Assembly: GCA_907165135.1 (NCBI GenBank)
Contig: OU015566.1
Location: 10,540,001 to 10,604,000, forward strand
From: Oikopleura dioica
Taxonomy: Eukaryota > Animalia > Chordata
Direction: 5' to 3'
Length of the DNA stretch: 64,000 nucleotides
In this document: piece by piece, positions 63,518 through 64,000 of the stretch
How positions within the stretch are numbered: position 1 is the first letter of the stretch
How the letters are laid out: each line of letters opens with the position of its first letter
Made by a program: the position numbers and the translations under genes
The notes under the pieces: generated by a model
Told to the model about the DNA's origin: nothing
Databases searched by the model: none
Seen by the model: the letters and a program-made list of their open reading frames with translations, nothing else

Positions 63518-64000
63518 ATGATTTTTCTGCTGTTGATTTTTCTGAATACTGGCGAACCATGCGTTCAAAGACCAGCTCTAGGGATATTGATGAATCCGTG
63601 TCTAAACCTCGATGGAAAATGTAGAGTTTGCGAAGAAACAAATTTCAAATTACCTGCTTACCTTCAAGAATATGAAAGACCGCCAAGAGCAACTCCTAAG
63701 CAGAGAAATCCAGAAGATCGTCAGCGATTCAAAGTCCAATTTTCAAATTTTACGTTCATTAATAAGAATGGGGTCTGCGAAAAGAAATGCATCAAGAAAC
63801 TTCGCCAGTCTAGCGCACTCTATATTCCTGATGATGGCTTTTCCTCGATGAAAGTCAAATTGGATCGTAAATTTGCAGATAAAATTAATCTTACTTCTGT
63901 GCGACGAGATTTCGAAAGGATACACACCTGGCAGCGAAAAATCATCATGGCTTACTTCCTTTACCAAGTCTTTGAAATTCCAGCAGAGAAGAAAATTCAG
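63518..64000 (+). CDS. Open-ended intronless ORF (>=161 aa), signal peptide, Cys-containing
   Basis: MIFLLLIFLNTGEPCVQRPALG...CLNLDGKCRVCEE...NFT...CEKKC...NLT...; no stop before the window end, so it is absent from the ORF track. Confidence 0.45.
   Translation, partial: MIFLLLIFLNTGEPCVQRPALGILMNPCLNLDGKCRVCEETNFKLPAYLQEYERPPRATPKQRNPEDRQRFKVQFSNFTFINKNGVCEKKCIKKLRQSSALYIPDDGFSSMKVKLDRKFADKINLTSVRRDFERIHTWQRKIIMAYFLYQVFEIPAEKKIQ

Overview
Compact eukaryotic (animal) genomic DNA with very short introns (mostly 35-60 nt, with a few longer ones) and tightly packed co-oriented genes. This architecture fits a larvacean tunicate such as Oikopleura; the species assignment is an inference, not a database result. 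About 0-39 kb is gene-dense. Most genes are minus-strand housekeeping genes that look operon-like, with an AG a few nt before many ATGs: MDP1, stefin, Sfp-type PPTase, SHMT, COG6, FNTB, a SENP-like protease, TUT4/7, a J-protein, a TMEM70/186-like gene, DLD, a tandem-LEM microprotein and a DGK. Plus-strand genes are an ITIH-like 3' end, LRRC59, a Met-rich protein and Spinster. Two non-autonomous DNA transposons with TIRs, TSDs and fold-back cores sit in introns. About 40-43.5 kb is a composite satellite island of 142-, 57- and 117-bp units. About 44-64 kb is gene-sparse. It holds interstitial TTAGGG repeats, a hand-assembled 9-exon 471-aa candidate transcription factor (BEN-like C-terminus) that the ORF track only shows in fragments, a Kelch-like gene, and a signal-peptide ORF running off the right end. 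All gene models were spliced by eye; family calls come from remembered motifs and were not searched.
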